A stretch of 63,322 bases of DNA. It comes from a virus. Lineage: Duplodnaviria > Caudoviricetes. Position numbers and translations under genes: made by a program. The notes under the pieces were generated by a model that saw nothing but the letters and a program-made list of their open reading frames with translations, was not told where the DNA came from and made no database searches. Position 1 is the stretch's first letter; each line of letters starts with the position of its first letter. Of the stretch, positions 17,069 through 27,932 are shown piece after piece. The stretch lies in the IMG/VR virus record IMGVR_UViG_3300022680_000066, positions 1 through 63,322 of that record. One strand, written 5' to 3'.

Positions 17069-20000
17069 TCACTTCTTCATCCTACTTTCAAACGTAGCCA
17101 CAAACCTTCTCTGCACAGACTGTATCCGCTCCTTCAGCATCTCAACTCGCTTCTTGTCTCCCCTTCCTTGTGCCGCCCTCATCCGCGTCCGTAGACTTTT
17201 GAGCTGTCTCTCCACATCCTTCACATGACTCACAAGCCGCAGTTCCTTCTTATACTTCTCCTTAGCCTCAGCCCGCTTCTCCAAATCCCTCGTTGGCCCA
17301 CGACCGTAGTCTTTGACTGCCCGTTCAGCCGACAAGACAGCGGCCACCCGATCATAATACTTCTGTGTGTCGATCGAGGTTCCAGGACGAGTTGTTAGCT
17401 GTCGGAGAATTGGCACGTTCCGTAGCTCAAGCTCTTGCTCCGCAATATCCTGTGGCATACCCAAGACGTTCATCCCAAAGCGGGCAAGTCCGCCACCCAG
17501 GAAGTTTACAGTATTCTGGATCGTTGAGGGCGCGACATCAATCCAGCCCGAGTGCGCCACATCTCCACCTGACCACTCATTGATCTTCCGGGCCAACCAC
17601 TTATACTCATCAGGAGTTGACTGCCATGCGAGTTGTGAATCTGGCTTGTGTCCTGCGCCAGGGAAATTGATCGGGCGTAATTGGTTCCCGGCAAAATCCT
17701 TATTCTCAATAACTTGTATCAGGGGATCTAATGCCGTGGGGGTAAGCGCCTGAGCAACCGTTCCGCCGCCCATTGGATTAAACGTGGACAAAACCAATGA
17801 TGCAGTTTCGCTGGCCGTATCCGCCGCCGTACGTGCGCCAGCTGCCGTTTCACTTAACATACCGCCCAAACGCCATACGGTGTTATACACCCACGGAGCA
17901 GGGATCTTGATATACGTCCCATCAATCGGTATGGGCAGTATAATGTTCCGATCCTTCCCGGTTATCTTGTCCCATTCATTGTTCCCCTGTTCATCCTCAT
18001 CAGCCAACGCTCGTCCGATCAGATCAAACAAGGCAGCCATTACAATCGTGCCGCCTACCATGCTGGCCAGCTTCTTGCTCTTCGAGATATTCCGAATAAC
18101 CTGAGCGTTGCCCTGGATAGTGGCGTTAAAGAACAAATACAGCAGGCCCATTGCCGAGGACTTAAACCCGCGCCGATCAAAGTTAGTGGTGAGGTCCTTG
18201 GCTATCCGAGCTGCTTTATCCGCCCCAACCTTATCGTGCAAGACTTCGAATGTAGAAAGTCGCATCACATTCTCAATAGCAATATTCGTGTTCTCAATCT
18301 GCTCAAACAACCGCACGACCTGCTTGATGCCTGGAGTCCCCTCCGCCTTCATTGCGCGCTCAAAGCTCTTGAACGAGCTGTCCATCTCCTTCAGGGACTG
18401 AGTGAATGAGATCTTGCCGCCCGCCTTCTCAAACCGCTCAACCATCTGCACAGCCGGAGAGTCTGGATCACGATTCCCCCGCACAAACACATCAATCAAC
18501 GCACTAAAGGACTCTTTATATTTGCCCTTGATCTCGTTGGTGTAGTTCCCTGCTTCAGTCGCCTGCATATTATAGAGTGCGGTCAACGGATCACGAATCA
18601 TATTGGCAAGCAAGAACGAGGGCGAGGCACTAATTGCTGTGAACCGTACAATACTATTCACCCACCCAAAGACCTTGAACACACCTGAGGCTTCTTGCGC
18701 GCCCAACCGATTCGCGGCCGCAGCAAACAACATAGCCCGCTCGTTCTGCTCAATAGGACTAATGACCAGCCGCTTCCCATCACGCAGCACGACTAAGTCT
18801 GTGGGCTCTAGCCCCTTCGTGACTCCTTCTACAACGAAGCCCAGCTCTGTGTGTCGCTCCCTTGCTTTGTCCTCACCAACCGTAAACCAACCTGTCCAGT
18901 TCTTCCGATCAGCCATAATCTCTTCATAGAGGAAATTGTTGGCCAAGTTCCTCTGTGCACTTCCTGCCGCCCCGTGCAGCTTAGCAAAAGTGTTCTGCAT
19001 CACATGGATAGGTGGGCTTACGTCAGCCGAGCCGCCCCGCACAGACACACCCTTTGAAGGCCCAGGACTGCCCTGTTTAAGGAAGCCAAACTGAGACTCG
19101 TAGTCAAATTTCTCGCGACGCAAAGGTACGTAGTGAGGATTCTCCGCAAGCAAATTCGTGCGCTCATCTGTCGTAATCGTGCCGCCCTCTTGCAGCATGT
19201 CCAGCTGCTCAGTCGTCATCTTGTCATACAGCTCAGCAACCTTTGCGACTTTTGGATCTTCCGCATACCGGCCATAGACTTCTGCTGCATCCATGGCTCC
19301 GCCCCGATTGTCCAACCCAGAACGAGCGTCGTACATTCCCGAAGCATGGCGTTTGAAGTCTTCCCACTCTTCCTTGGTCGCCTGTCGTTGTGTGCCTGTC
19401 CGCTGATCAAGACTCGTTTGTTCCTGATCAGCGTACTCATTCATCAAGTTGAACATCTTCTTACGGATCTGTTTTGGCTCGAGTTTTTGCTGTAACAGCT
19501 CTGTCTTCTTGGCCTCCAGCTCAATCCGCGCAGGCTTGTCCAGGTGCTTGACCAGCTTGTTGATGTACTGGAGGGACGACCGCTCAGCCAGATTCTGATT
19601 CACGTTGTCGAGCATGATGTGACGAGCCGCGAGCCAGTCATCGACCTGTTTTAAATCAAGTCCTGTCTCCCGCACAAGCCCTTTCATTGGCTCAAGAAAA
19701 TTCCTATTGACCTCATCAATCATAGCAGACCGACGAGATTTGGACAGGTCATAACGATCCCAGACTGCCTCACTCTTCTTCTCCATCGTCCACATGTCGT
19801 CGTAATAGTCAGCCAGGAATCGCTGTGCCCGGCTCAGTTGGAGAGACTCTTCTGGTTTCGGCCACAACTTTTTACGAGCAGCTTCCGTTAGGTCGGCAGC
19901 ACTCTCCAACTCGGTCTGTTCCCTCAAATTATCAAGCAATTGTTGCTCAGGTAGACTGACAGCTGGCCCAGGCTTAACAGGTTTGGCCCAGGCCTCACTA

Positions 20001-22915
20001 TCTTGTGCGGGAGGTAGTCCGGCAGCCTCAAGAAACCTATCACTAATCAAATCCCCTGCAGCCGCAAGGTTTTGTTGATAGTCGCTTGTCTCACTAAACA
20101 ACTCAAACCCTTCGTCAAGGACCTCTTCTCGCATCTCAGGTGTGATAGGGAATGACCAAGCTCTTTGTGCCACATGATCGGCCGCTCCAATATCTTCTCC
20201 CATAACCTCTCTTACAGTTCTAAGTTGACTATATGCTTCTGCATCGAGAATCACTTCATCCGTGCCTACGCGCACCTTAAAGCGCTTAAGAAGTTTGTTT
20301 GCCTGATTGCGCAAGATGTTGTCGTAAAAGGCCTGCATCCCTTCGCCACCAATTTCTAGGTCAAGTCCGCTGAGATAAATATCTCCTTCTGCATCAGGTT
20401 GTGTTTGTGTAAGTTTTTCTGCCATTTCCTTGCCAACATGATCAGCCAGTTCATTTGTAGTCACTCCTTCAACTAACTCTTGCATTGAACTCCCGGGCGT
20501 CTTTGCCTTAGCAAATAACGTCCAAGTTCCATCTTCTTCTTGTCGAGCAGAAAGGGCTTCGATTTGCTTATTCAGAGCGTATCTCTCCGCTTGTGTCTTG
20601 CCGCTCGTCCAAGCAACCTGTTGAAACCCTCGCTTAGCTGCGTGCCGAATCATGCGTTTCAAAACAAGCGAAGGCCAAGAAGTTTTGAAAGGCGCGTCGG
20701 GGACGCCAGCGCCCTGTAAAAGCTGCCCTACACCTGACTGCTTTAAATCTGCAAAGGCCTCCGCTTTTGTATCCCCAAACCCAGAATAAGAGCCTTGTCC
20801 GTCCTTTCGAGTAAATTTAAACTCAACCTCGCTTATTTGAACAACAGTAAAGTCTTCAAGAGATACCTCTCTCTGATACCCTCTCTTCCTTCCCTCTTGG
20901 TGCCAATCACTCTGTACTTCTTCAATAAACAGTGTTTTCTTTCTGTCCAGATACCGCTCATTAAACCTTACGTGCGCAAGAACATTCGGTTCATCGTAGT
21001 GACCTGCACGAAATTGTTCTGCGCTTTCCGGGAGCCGCAGCAATACTTCATGGTAGTTTTTTGAAGCACCTGAAGATTGATATCCTGTGTACTTTGGCTC
21101 GCTTACATCTGTCTCTTCAAGCTGTACTCCGTCTTGCTCAATAAAACTTACCAGCTCCTCACGAGTCAACTTGTCTTGTTCCTCTGCCCACTCCTTGACT
21201 CCAAGCCACTCAAGCTCTTCCTTCTTTACTCCAGGTTGCTTAGCAAGCATCTGATACATCTGCTTGCCTGTACCTTTAGCCTGCTTCAATTCTTGGGCAG
21301 CCCGCGCAGTCTGCGAGTAGAACCCTTCAACCGCACTTTCCAGCACGCTTTCAACAACAGCCGCTGATTCGGGATCAGTCATCCAGCGCTTGATCTCTCT
21401 CTGCACTGTCACATCTCCTGACTGGGCAAACAGTTGCCCTATTGCAGGATAATCCCCTGGAGTCTTCTCCCCTTCAAATCCGAGCCATCCATCTTGATCG
21501 GCCATAATCTTATCGACTTGGCTGAGCACCATCTCCCGTATCTCGCCTGAGTCTTCTGCACGAGAGTCAATGTAAATTACATCTCCATTCCGAGTGGCTT
21601 CTCCCGTATCCATACGAGCGTACCGAACGCTATAATTCCGTAACTCAGGATAGTTCTCGAACAACAGGTTGTCTTCCAGGATATCTTCCAGCGTCTTGAC
21701 TTTCTCTTGATCAATCCGCTCCTTGATCAATATCTCACTCTCATCAACACTGACCTTCGGCTTCCCGTCCTGTACATAAACACCGGTGTCCCGCAACACG
21801 AGTGCTTGCACTGCTGGGTCTGGGTCTGTTCCAAGCATCTCTTCTGCCGAGGCCAGCTGCTCTTTAGTCGGTGCTTTAGTCGAGTTGACACTTCCTCCCG
21901 TACCGGACTTCGCGTCAAGTGTCTGCTGTAGTTGCTGTCTGGTTTTAGCGATTTCGAGAGTAGATCTCAGCGCTTCTTTAGCCAGCTCCACTGCCATCTC
22001 TGGTGTAAGCTCAATCTTGATCCCAACAGCTCTGGCCGCATGACCAAGCAGGGATAATTCAAACGTAACCTTCAAAGCATTCATGATGCGACGAAAGATA
22101 CCGCTGGCTTGGCCTTGATCCACGGAGTGTTGAATATAATAAGCCACAATCTCTTCACGAGCCACGAACCCAGCTTTGTCGTTTGCCAGGATCTGTGCAG
22201 GAGTCATCTCTGCTGCTTTCGCCTGTGCAACTGCGCGCTGGGCTATCTCACCTCCGGCCGCAGCTTGCCTTACAATGTCACTCGCATATTCACCGAGCCG
22301 CCCGCTCAGCAACCTGTTCATCCCACTGTGCGAGCCTTCATGCAGAAGCAGTCCAACCGTTGAGCGGTCAACGTGCTGAGTCCCGCCGTATAAGGTGATC
22401 GTTTTGTCTCTGAGATTGTACACACCCTGTAATGAACGATAGCCGCCTTTTGGATTCTTTTGTATCTTTCGGCCTGCGTCCAGAGTCAACACACCTGTCT
22501 CTTCCAGAGCGTCAACCACACTCTTACCAAAGAATTCATAAAGCTCCTGCCGCATCTCGTCTGGGGTCTTCACCACAAGCTCAGCTTCTTGCTTTGGAGT
22601 CAGTTTCGCATGAGGGTCGACAGGAGCAACCGGCTCAACAGGAGCAGCTTCTGGTGCTGCTTCAGGGGCTGGCGTCGGAGCCACCTCCTCTATCTTGGGC
22701 TGCACATACTGAGGCATGCCTGCTGCTTCGCGCGCCAGTGAATCGACCTCCAGCTGACTCTGAACCTCCGTACCCAGGAGCTCCTGCACAGCCTGTAGTC
22801 TGGCCTTCGGAGCATCCATACCTCCGTGACGCAAAGCACCAATGTTCCTTTGCAGCTGTTTTATTTCATCAGGTTTAAAAACGCCATCAAGTACTTTTAT
22901 ACACTCGTTGCTCAT
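17069..22915 (-). CDS. Large polyvalent virion/ejection protein (1948 aa)
   Basis: HEGSH metallopeptidase-like motif; LPD23-like segment (RDTG...LFENYPEL); EEVQSDWHQ/PDAPFK region; LPD38-like C-terminus (NFDRRG...LFFNATIQG). Confidence 0.75.
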   Translation of the reverse strand: MSNECIKVLDGVFKPDEIKQLQRNIGALRHGGMDAPKARLQAVQELLGTEVQSQLEVDSLAREAAGMPQYVQPKIEEVAPTPAPEAAPEAAPVEPVAPVDPHAKLTPKQEAELVVKTPDEMRQELYEFFGKSVVDALEETGVLTLDAGRKIQKNPKGGYRSLQGVYNLRDKTITLYGGTQHVDRSTVGLLLHEGSHSGMNRLLSGRLGEYASDIVRQAAAGGEIAQRAVAQAKAAEMTPAQILANDKAGFVAREEIVAYYIQHSVDQGQASGIFRRIMNALKVTFELSLLGHAARAVGIKIELTPEMAVELAKEALRSTLEIAKTRQQLQQTLDAKSGTGGSVNSTKAPTKEQLASAEEMLGTDPDPAVQALVLRDTGVYVQDGKPKVSVDESEILIKERIDQEKVKTLEDILEDNLLFENYPELRNYSVRYARMDTGEATRNGDVIYIDSRAEDSGEIREMVLSQVDKIMADQDGWLGFEGEKTPGDYPAIGQLFAQSGDVTVQREIKRWMTDPESAAVVESVLESAVEGFYSQTARAAQELKQAKGTGKQMYQMLAKQPGVKKEELEWLGVKEWAEEQDKLTREELVSFIEQDGVQLEETDVSEPKYTGYQSSGASKNYHEVLLRLPESAEQFRAGHYDEPNVLAHVRFNERYLDRKKTLFIEEVQSDWHQEGRKRGYQREVSLEDFTVVQISEVEFKFTRKDGQGSYSGFGDTKAEAFADLKQSGVGQLLQGAGVPDAPFKTSWPSLVLKRMIRHAAKRGFQQVAWTSGKTQAERYALNKQIEALSARQEEDGTWTLFAKAKTPGSSMQELVEGVTTNELADHVGKEMAEKLTQTQPDAEGDIYLSGLDLEIGGEGMQAFYDNILRNQANKLLKRFKVRVGTDEVILDAEAYSQLRTVREVMGEDIGAADHVAQRAWSFPITPEMREEVLDEGFELFSETSDYQQNLAAAGDLISDRFLEAAGLPPAQDSEAWAKPVKPGPAVSLPEQQLLDNLREQTELESAADLTEAARKKLWPKPEESLQLSRAQRFLADYYDDMWTMEKKSEAVWDRYDLSKSRRSAMIDEVNRNFLEPMKGLVRETGLDLKQVDDWLAARHIMLDNVNQNLAERSSLQYINKLVKHLDKPARIELEAKKTELLQQKLEPKQIRKKMFNLMNEYADQEQTSLDQRTGTQRQATKEEWEDFKRHASGMYDARSGLDNRGGAMDAAEVYGRYAEDPKVAKVAELYDKMTTEQLDMLQEGGTITTDERTNLLAENPHYVPLRREKFDYESQFGFLKQGSPGPSKGVSVRGGSADVSPPIHVMQNTFAKLHGAAGSAQRNLANNFLYEEIMADRKNWTGWFTVGEDKARERHTELGFVVEGVTKGLEPTDLVVLRDGKRLVISPIEQNERAMLFAAAANRLGAQEASGVFKVFGWVNSIVRFTAISASPSFLLANMIRDPLTALYNMQATEAGNYTNEIKGKYKESFSALIDVFVRGNRDPDSPAVQMVERFEKAGGKISFTQSLKEMDSSFKSFERAMKAEGTPGIKQVVRLFEQIENTNIAIENVMRLSTFEVLHDKVGADKAARIAKDLTTNFDRRGFKSSAMGLLYLFFNATIQGNAQVIRNISKSKKLASMVGGTIVMAALFDLIGRALADEDEQGNNEWDKITGKDRNIILPIPIDGTYIKIPAPWVYNTVWRLGGMLSETAAGARTAADTASETASLVLSTFNPMGGGTVAQALTPTALDPLIQVIENKDFAGNQLRPINFPGAGHKPDSQLAWQSTPDEYKWLARKINEWSGGDVAHSGWIDVAPSTIQNTVNFLGGGLARFGMNVLGMPQDIAEQELELRNVPILRQLTTRPGTSIDTQKYYDRVAAVLSAERAVKDYGRGPTRDLEKRAEAKEKYKKELRLVSHVKDVERQLKSLRTRMRAAQGRGDKKRVEMLKERIQSVQRRFVATFESRMKK

Positions 22916-23169
22916 AGCATGTTTCTCGTCACAGCATTAATAATTACAGCGAGAATAATCTCATCCTCTCGCAATCGTTGTTCCAACAATTCATCTTTCT
23001 CCGGCTTGCGCCTGCGCACATGAAAGGTTGGCTGAGGAAACTCGCTTTGGCCTCCACCACCGTGCTCCACATACAAGGTCAGGTATCCATCCGAGGCCAG
23101 AGCAAGCGGGCTACGCTCAGGAACGTGCCCACGAGTCGTAACCAATAGAGGGATGATACCGGCCATCAA
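22912..23169 (-). CDS. Hypothetical protein
   Basis: ORF overlapping both neighbours in the late operon. Confidence 0.55.
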   Translation of the reverse strand: MMAGIIPLLVTTRGHVPERSPLALASDGYLTLYVEHGGGGQSEFPQPTFHVRRRKPEKDELLEQRLREDEIILAVIINAVTRNML

Positions 23170-23426
23170 TCGACCCGAGTTGCCTTGCTGGTAGTTTTAC
23201 CATCGCCAGAGATAACAAGCGAGATGTCTCCTGCAACACGGTCTGCAGGAGTCACTGTCATCGGGTTAGCGCTGTCCAAGCCTTGGAGCTGCCACAGCTC
23301 CTTGAGCTTGGTATCGTTAGTTACGTCTCCCAAAGACAGCGGTATGAACACGTCGTCCCACTCAGCTCCGGCTGCATCAACACCCCAGATATTAATATTC
23401 AAGGCGGCCAGAAGGACGGTTACCAC
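23166..23426 (-). CDS. Hypothetical virion-associated protein
   Basis: GGAGG RBS then GTG 23426; ELWQLQGLD..NPMTVT. Confidence 0.55.
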   Translation of the reverse strand: MVTVLLAALNINIWGVDAAGAEWDDVFIPLSLGDVTNDTKLKELWQLQGLDSANPMTVTPADRVAGDISLVISGDGKTTSKATRVD

Positions 23427-23430
23427 GTGA

Positions 23431-23727
23431 CTACCTCCGAGCTTTTGCAACGATACGCTTCAAGCGACCGTCTTTATCTTGAATGACATCAAAAACCCAC
23501 TCGGTAATAGGCTCAGGTGTTTGGACAACAGTCTCCTGTTTTGGAGGAAGTTTTGCAAGCTGCTTAGTCAATGCCTCAAGTATCTTGGTTGTGCGTTCAG
23601 AATACTCCTCCTGCGACTGTTCCACACTCTTCAACGCAGCAGTCAACGCGTTTCCTACCTCCTGCCCAAGAGTGGTAGGCGACTCGTCCTGCAGATCATC
23701 AAACAAACCATCTACTTGCTTAGGCAT
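23431..23727 (-). CDS. Hypothetical protein
   Basis: 98-aa ORF in operon. Confidence 0.6.
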   Translation of the reverse strand: MPKQVDGLFDDLQDESPTTLGQEVGNALTAALKSVEQSQEEYSERTTKILEALTKQLAKLPPKQETVVQTPEPITEWVFDVIQDKDGRLKRIVAKARR

Positions 23728-25871
23728 GTTACCATCTCTCTCAAGGCATCTACCCTACGTTTGGTCAGTGCGACTGCTTTTCGCGCATTGACCTGCTTAG
23801 TTATTGTCCGTTGCCCCCGCGTACGAGTCAGCGAAATCTTGGCCGATGGTGGAACAGCAGCTTCCTCCAACAAATTAACCGGCATCTGCACATCGCCAAT
23901 CATTTCGGGAGCAGCGGCAGGTTCAGCCACCGCAGGCTCTGCTTCCACCGGCCCAAGATCCCGAACAACGAAGCGCTGTTGGCCCCCAATCTGCCGCTCA
24001 TCAACAGTAAAATTCTCCATCCCTAGCTTTTGAGCCGACAAGGTCGCGGCTTTCCGAGTCGTGAACGGTTGGCCCTTCACATTCGTGGCGACCTCACCGA
24101 AGTTGGCGGTAGATTCCAAGACTACAGCTGCTTCCGCTTGATCTGCAGCCACAACCAGAGCATCAGCTGCTTGCTTTGCTTGTGCTGCGGACTGTCCACT
24201 CCAGGCCGCAAATGCTTCAGGCTCCTGTTGGATCTGCTCTGCCATCTGCCGAGCCAATTCAGGGCTTTCATTTGCAACCTGCTCAGGCAGATATGTGCTC
24301 ATGGCCTCACCCGTGTCGACAGCTTCGTCCCGAGACAGTGGATCTTGCCCAGCAGCTACCTTCCCAAGCCGTTCACCGTACTGCCGAAGTGTTAATGGTG
24401 CCCATTTACCCGGCTCAGTCTCGGTGCGACCAGGAAGAGGAGCTGCAGTAACAGGCTCAGCAACAGGCTCAACCACCTCAGGTGGCACAGGCGGTACAGC
24501 TTCTTCAACTACTGGTGCTTCAGGCACAATCTCAGGTGTAATCGGCTCAGCAACCAGCTCCTTCTGTCGGAGCTTACTAACCACATCAACAGGTGTGTCA
24601 GTTGGTGCGACCTCCACACCATTCTCTTGGGCAATTCGAGCCAGACCCTCAGTCATGTTGGCTGGTAAATCCTCATCTCGGGCCTGTGTCAAGGCAATAG
24701 CATCGGGAGTCAACGCAGGAACAGGCGCAGGAACAACAGCTGCAGGCTCAGCGGGCGTAACTGTTGGTTCAGCCGCAGGGGCTGCAGGAGCTGGCTCCAC
24801 AACTGGCTCGGCGTCAGACGTCACAACCTCTGGCTCAACAATCCTAGGCCCAACAAACGGGCCAGCTGCACCTGCAACACCACCACCAAGCAAAGCACCA
24901 GCAGCAGTTGCATTAGCAATTTGACTCCAGTCCTCATCAGTCAATTCCCCAAAAAGTTCTTCATCTTTTGCCCAGCGCAAAGCAGCAATATTGGTCAGTT
25001 CTTGCAGGCCTTCAGTCAATCCCTCGGCTGTCGCACCCACAGCCGCAGCGCCACTAGCCCGTCGAGCCAACTCAACAGCCGCCGCACCTAGTTCCTTGTC
25101 TTTAAGAATCGCCTCCCTTACTCCTTTTTGGGCAAAATCACCCATGCCCATGCGCTTAGCCATTTGGTAAAGTGGTGTGAACTCCAATGCACCACTTATA
25201 CCCGCTACAGTTGTAGCCGGGCCAACCGCTTCCTCTGGTGCCACACCTTCACCCGTAATCTCTCCAAACGCTGCGCCGCCTTCGTACGCAGCAGCCGGAA
25301 TGAATCCACCCAGAAACGTACCCTTAGCCAGCGAACTCTTTATCTGACTGGCTGCCTCATCCTTCATCTCCTGTGTAACTGCTTTGCCTGCGACCTTCTT
25401 TCCGACCTCAGCTCCAGCAAGATGCTTCAGTCCCTTCTTAACACCGGCCTTAGCCAGCTGCCGTCCAATCACACCACCTACACCAAAACCCGCTATCTGG
25501 GGCAGCCCCTTACCGGCTTGATAAGCCGCCCAATCTCCAAGATCTCCAACACCTTTAATCTCTTCAATCGTCGCAATTTTGGGAGCCTGAGCACCAGCCG
25601 TCGATGCAGCCATCTCACGCTGGAAAGTCTCCAAGCCGCCCGCAACCACAGGATCAAGATACGGAGCCGCCGCCTCAGGCAGTACTGTCTTCAGTTGCTG
25701 AGCACCCAAGGCTAAGGCACCTCCACCAATCCCAACTGTCTCGCCCTTGAAAGCTTCAAACCCCTTTTCAAGCTCAGACAAGTTGCGCAGGTCAAGAGGT
25801 GCATCAAGCCCGCCTGGAGTCGGGGCCAGGTACCGAGCGAGCTGGTTTTTGGTGAAATCAGGTGCAGCCAT
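23712..25871 (-). CDS. Putative internal virion (ejection) protein
   Basis: Gly/Ala-rich hydrophobic N-half with AEGLTEGLQE, Pro/Glu/Ala-rich linker; upstream of the polyvalent protein. Confidence 0.6.
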   Translation of the reverse strand: MAAPDFTKNQLARYLAPTPGGLDAPLDLRNLSELEKGFEAFKGETVGIGGGALALGAQQLKTVLPEAAAPYLDPVVAGGLETFQREMAASTAGAQAPKIATIEEIKGVGDLGDWAAYQAGKGLPQIAGFGVGGVIGRQLAKAGVKKGLKHLAGAEVGKKVAGKAVTQEMKDEAASQIKSSLAKGTFLGGFIPAAAYEGGAAFGEITGEGVAPEEAVGPATTVAGISGALEFTPLYQMAKRMGMGDFAQKGVREAILKDKELGAAAVELARRASGAAAVGATAEGLTEGLQELTNIAALRWAKDEELFGELTDEDWSQIANATAAGALLGGGVAGAAGPFVGPRIVEPEVVTSDAEPVVEPAPAAPAAEPTVTPAEPAAVVPAPVPALTPDAIALTQARDEDLPANMTEGLARIAQENGVEVAPTDTPVDVVSKLRQKELVAEPITPEIVPEAPVVEEAVPPVPPEVVEPVAEPVTAAPLPGRTETEPGKWAPLTLRQYGERLGKVAAGQDPLSRDEAVDTGEAMSTYLPEQVANESPELARQMAEQIQQEPEAFAAWSGQSAAQAKQAADALVVAADQAEAAVVLESTANFGEVATNVKGQPFTTRKAATLSAQKLGMENFTVDERQIGGQQRFVVRDLGPVEAEPAVAEPAAAPEMIGDVQMPVNLLEEAAVPPSAKISLTRTRGQRTITKQVNARKAVALTKRRVDALREMVTCLSK

Positions 25872-25882
25872 CAAGAAACTCC

Positions 25883-25917
25883 GTATTTACGTTTGGCATC
25901 GTGCAAAACATATTGCT
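25883..25917. promoter_or_regulatory. 35-bp palindromic motif, copy C
   Basis: GTATTTACGT-TTGGCATCGTGCAAA-ACATATTGCT; abuts the GGAG RBS of the 25871 gene. Confidence 0.7.
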
Positions 25918-26131
25918 ACTTACCTGGGCGCCTAACTAGTTGAGCCAGCGGAATCACGCCTATCTCACGAGGGATCACCCGCTGCAGGCCCTGTGCCCGC
26001 GCAAGCGAGGCAGTATTGACCATTTCTTCCGTCATACGCCGATCTCCACCAGTCCGAGTAAGAGGATTCTTGGCATTAGCCTTATTACGTTTATCAGCTT
26101 GCTGATGCAGCTTGCCTATTGCGTCTGTCAT
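25916..26131 (-). CDS. Hypothetical protein
   Basis: 71-aa ORF overlapping the upstream gene's stop. Confidence 0.55.
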   Translation of the reverse strand: MTDAIGKLHQQADKRNKANAKNPLTRTGGDRRMTEEMVNTASLARAQGLQRVIPREIGVIPLAQLVRRPGK

Positions 26132-27093
26132 TGTGCCACCTGTGGCCTCTGAGGCAGTCTTCCAGGGTACATCTGGTTAAGTGTTTGGACCAACCGCTTG
26201 TTAAACACCTGTGCGTTTTCAGCTGTGGACAAATCGACCTCTCCTGCTTGTGCAGCCTGCTCCTGAATCTGCCTCGCCACCCGAATCACGGCATCTGGTG
26301 GATAAACATCAGCCAATTGTCTCCCAGTAGCCGCAACAGTCTGGCCCTCTAAATCCGGAGCTGACAAAGGAAGCATCTCCTCGAATTGTTGACCGGCCTC
26401 AATCTGTTTCATAGCCCCGACCATACCCTTGTCCCCTGCTCCAGCGGCTCGAATGCGGGCAGCTTCCAATGTAGTCTCCTGGCCCCTCAATTTGAGAGCC
26501 CGTTCAGCCGCACCAGCTGCTTGTCTTTGCCCAAGCTCGACCTCCTTCAAACCCAGTTGTGCTTCCTGTGCTGCCTCTTCCCGCTGCGTCCTCCGTTGTG
26601 CAGCCTCAGCCACACGAGGAATCAGCTGTTGGCCTGTCCCAATCATACCCAGGCGAAATCTCATCAAGTCACCCAAATTGACATTGCCTTGCAGCTGGGG
26701 CATCGTAATCCCCTTGAGAGGACTCTCAGCCCGAACCGGCTTTCTAAAGAGAGTCCGTGGCATCGGCCGAGCCTGCTGCGTACGAAGAGCTTCTTCATGA
26801 AGTTGCTCAGGCGTCATAGGTGGCCGAATAGGTGCGGTCGGAGTAGCCAATTGATCTGCCCCTGCAGGCAAGGCCAGCTGAGCAGCGGTAGGTACAGGTG
26901 TGGGAAGCAAAGCTTCGTCATCAATCAAGGCCGCTTCCGGGGCCATCCCCATCGTACCAAAAGCCACATCTTGAAAAGCTCCTGGCGCAATCGGCTCAGC
27001 CCTCTTCGTTCGCTTAGGAAACTTAGGGATTTTGACTGTCGGAAAACCCACAGTAGGGGACAGACCTAAGTAGTCAAGTTCATTTTGTGGCAT
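26128..27093 (-). CDS. Putative internal virion protein
   Basis: Gln/Ala/Pro-rich helical ORF with GAGG RBS. Confidence 0.55.
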   Translation of the reverse strand: MPQNELDYLGLSPTVGFPTVKIPKFPKRTKRAEPIAPGAFQDVAFGTMGMAPEAALIDDEALLPTPVPTAAQLALPAGADQLATPTAPIRPPMTPEQLHEEALRTQQARPMPRTLFRKPVRAESPLKGITMPQLQGNVNLGDLMRFRLGMIGTGQQLIPRVAEAAQRRTQREEAAQEAQLGLKEVELGQRQAAGAAERALKLRGQETTLEAARIRAAGAGDKGMVGAMKQIEAGQQFEEMLPLSAPDLEGQTVAATGRQLADVYPPDAVIRVARQIQEQAAQAGEVDLSTAENAQVFNKRLVQTLNQMYPGRLPQRPQVAQ

Positions 27094-27104
27094 CTTTATT
27101 TCCT

Positions 27105-27932
27105 CTAGTCAAAAACAGTTGGGTTGTAGTTGCCGTCGCTATCGTGGTATCCGTCAAGCCAAGTAGTTACACCACCTTCTTTTATTCCGTGTCCTGTCTG
27201 GCTCGGTGGCGACACCCCATTGACATAGGCGCGAAAAGACGTCAATCCTGCTGAAGGATCTAATTTAGTCGACGGCAATGCAGTAGCGATACTTACCAAA
27301 CCACTGCCGCCCTGTGCAGTTAGTGAGTGTGCTCCACGTACTACCCCAGATGGGCTGACTCCCCAAGACACACTGTACGACGGTTCTATTGCTATACCTG
27401 CATTCCCAGAAACATCCAAAGCAGCGCTGTTTCCCTGACGACTACCAAAAGCAGACATCATACCACCAACAGTATTTCCACTGGCAGACAAATACAAACA
27501 TACAGAAACTGTCACAGTCCCTACATTAACCGGGACATTAAACTCCAGTTCTGCTGTGTAGCTACCTCTCAGTCTTGCCTGATACGTAGCCACCCCGGCA
27601 CTTAAGATAGATGATCCTACTCCCCAACCGTTGTATGCATCTGGATATCCAACAAGCGGCTCTATAACGTCTAAGATTCCTGTCCCACCATAACTTGTAT
27701 CGTAGTTGCCTGTGTCCGTTGTCCGATTAGCCCCACCTACAATATCAGCCCCAGCTCCATTCGGAGCAAACGCGCCGGAATAATTCCAATACTTGCCCAT
27801 ACCTCCTGAGCGGTCAAACTTATCAACAATAAAATCCACTTCAGGCAGAGCATTCGGATCAGGCTTAGCCATCAAAGATCTCACCAAATTCAAGATCTGA
27901 TTTATCTTCTGAAAAGATACCTTATCGTTCAT
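27105..27932 (-). CDS. Putative tail/virion protein
   Basis: Gly/Ser/Tyr-rich, beta-type composition. Confidence 0.5.
   Translation of the reverse strand: MNDKVSFQKINQILNLVRSLMAKPDPNALPEVDFIVDKFDRSGGMGKYWNYSGAFAPNGAGADIVGGANRTTDTGNYDTSYGGTGILDVIEPLVGYPDAYNGWGVGSSILSAGVATYQARLRGSYTAELEFNVPVNVGTVTVSVCLYLSASGNTVGGMMSAFGSRQGNSAALDVSGNAGIAIEPSYSVSWGVSPSGVVRGAHSLTAQGGSGLVSIATALPSTKLDPSAGLTSFRAYVNGVSPPSQTGHGIKEGGVTTWLDGYHDSDGNYNPTVFD

Noticed and set aside
17410-17425. TTGGCACGTTCCGTAG as an eighth copy of the palindrome
   Set aside because: The core is one base short, the arms do not match, and it lies inside a coding region.
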